A stretch of 62,660 nucleotides of DNA, counting the filler, from Sphacelaria rigidula (Eukaryota): NCBI GenBank assembly GCA_964200075.2. It is 8 parts of 8 records of this genome, joined end to end, with 100 filler letters (N's around TTAATTAATTAA, not from the genome) between each part and the next. Parts side by side here need not be neighbours in the genome. Positions count along the whole stretch, not along the records: positions 54,918 to 62,660 come from CAXNAA020013598.1; 7 more parts are not named here. One strand, written 5' to 3'. Of the stretch, positions 62,463 through 62,660 are shown in pieces (position 1 is the first letter of the stretch; each line of letters opens with the position of its first letter). The notes beneath the pieces were generated by a model, which was not told where the DNA came from, made no database searches, and saw nothing but the letters and a program-made list of their open reading frames with translations. The position numbers and the translations under genes are program-made.

Positions 62463-62660
62463 ACGTCGATGAAGCAACAAGCAGGAAGAGGCTAGCCGAT
62501 TGCAACCAATATAACAGTGGATCCTAGAAAATGGGGTCCATACAAAATACGGGATTGAAATGTCATTTCTTATTCGCAGGGATCACGAAACACTTACGAC
62601 CGAGCGAAGCCATCTTTCTCCCCCAAATATCCGCAGCAGTTTAACAGCTGTGGCTAGGTG

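Overview
This is eukaryotic, intron-rich and repeat-rich genomic DNA, most likely from a brown alga (Phaeophyceae). That assignment is an inference from exon/intron style and repeat families. The window is not one locus. It consists of eight unrelated scaffolds of 7743-7746 bp (1-7746, 7847-15592, 15693-23438, 23539-31283, 31384-39128, 39229-46973, 47074-54817, 54918-62660) joined by artificial 100-bp N44-TTAATTAATTAA-N44 linkers. Two genes can be spliced by hand with GT-AG introns: the last six exons of PRP8 (+, 55330-59777) and seven exons of an alpha-carbonic anhydrase (-, 26247-31045). One further exon resembles brown-algal Zn2Cys6-type transcription factor proteins. The rest is mobile DNA: a decayed Ty3/gypsy element, a 5'-truncated RTE-like LINE, tRNA-derived SINEs, and many non-autonomous TIR elements (hAT-, Mutator-, piggyBac- and Harbinger-like, plus foldbacks). 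The most unusual structure is a strictly periodic 42-43 bp array at 333-725, made of two AT palindromes alternating with two variable spacers. Next is an element capped at both ends by telomere-type repeats (49410-50098).
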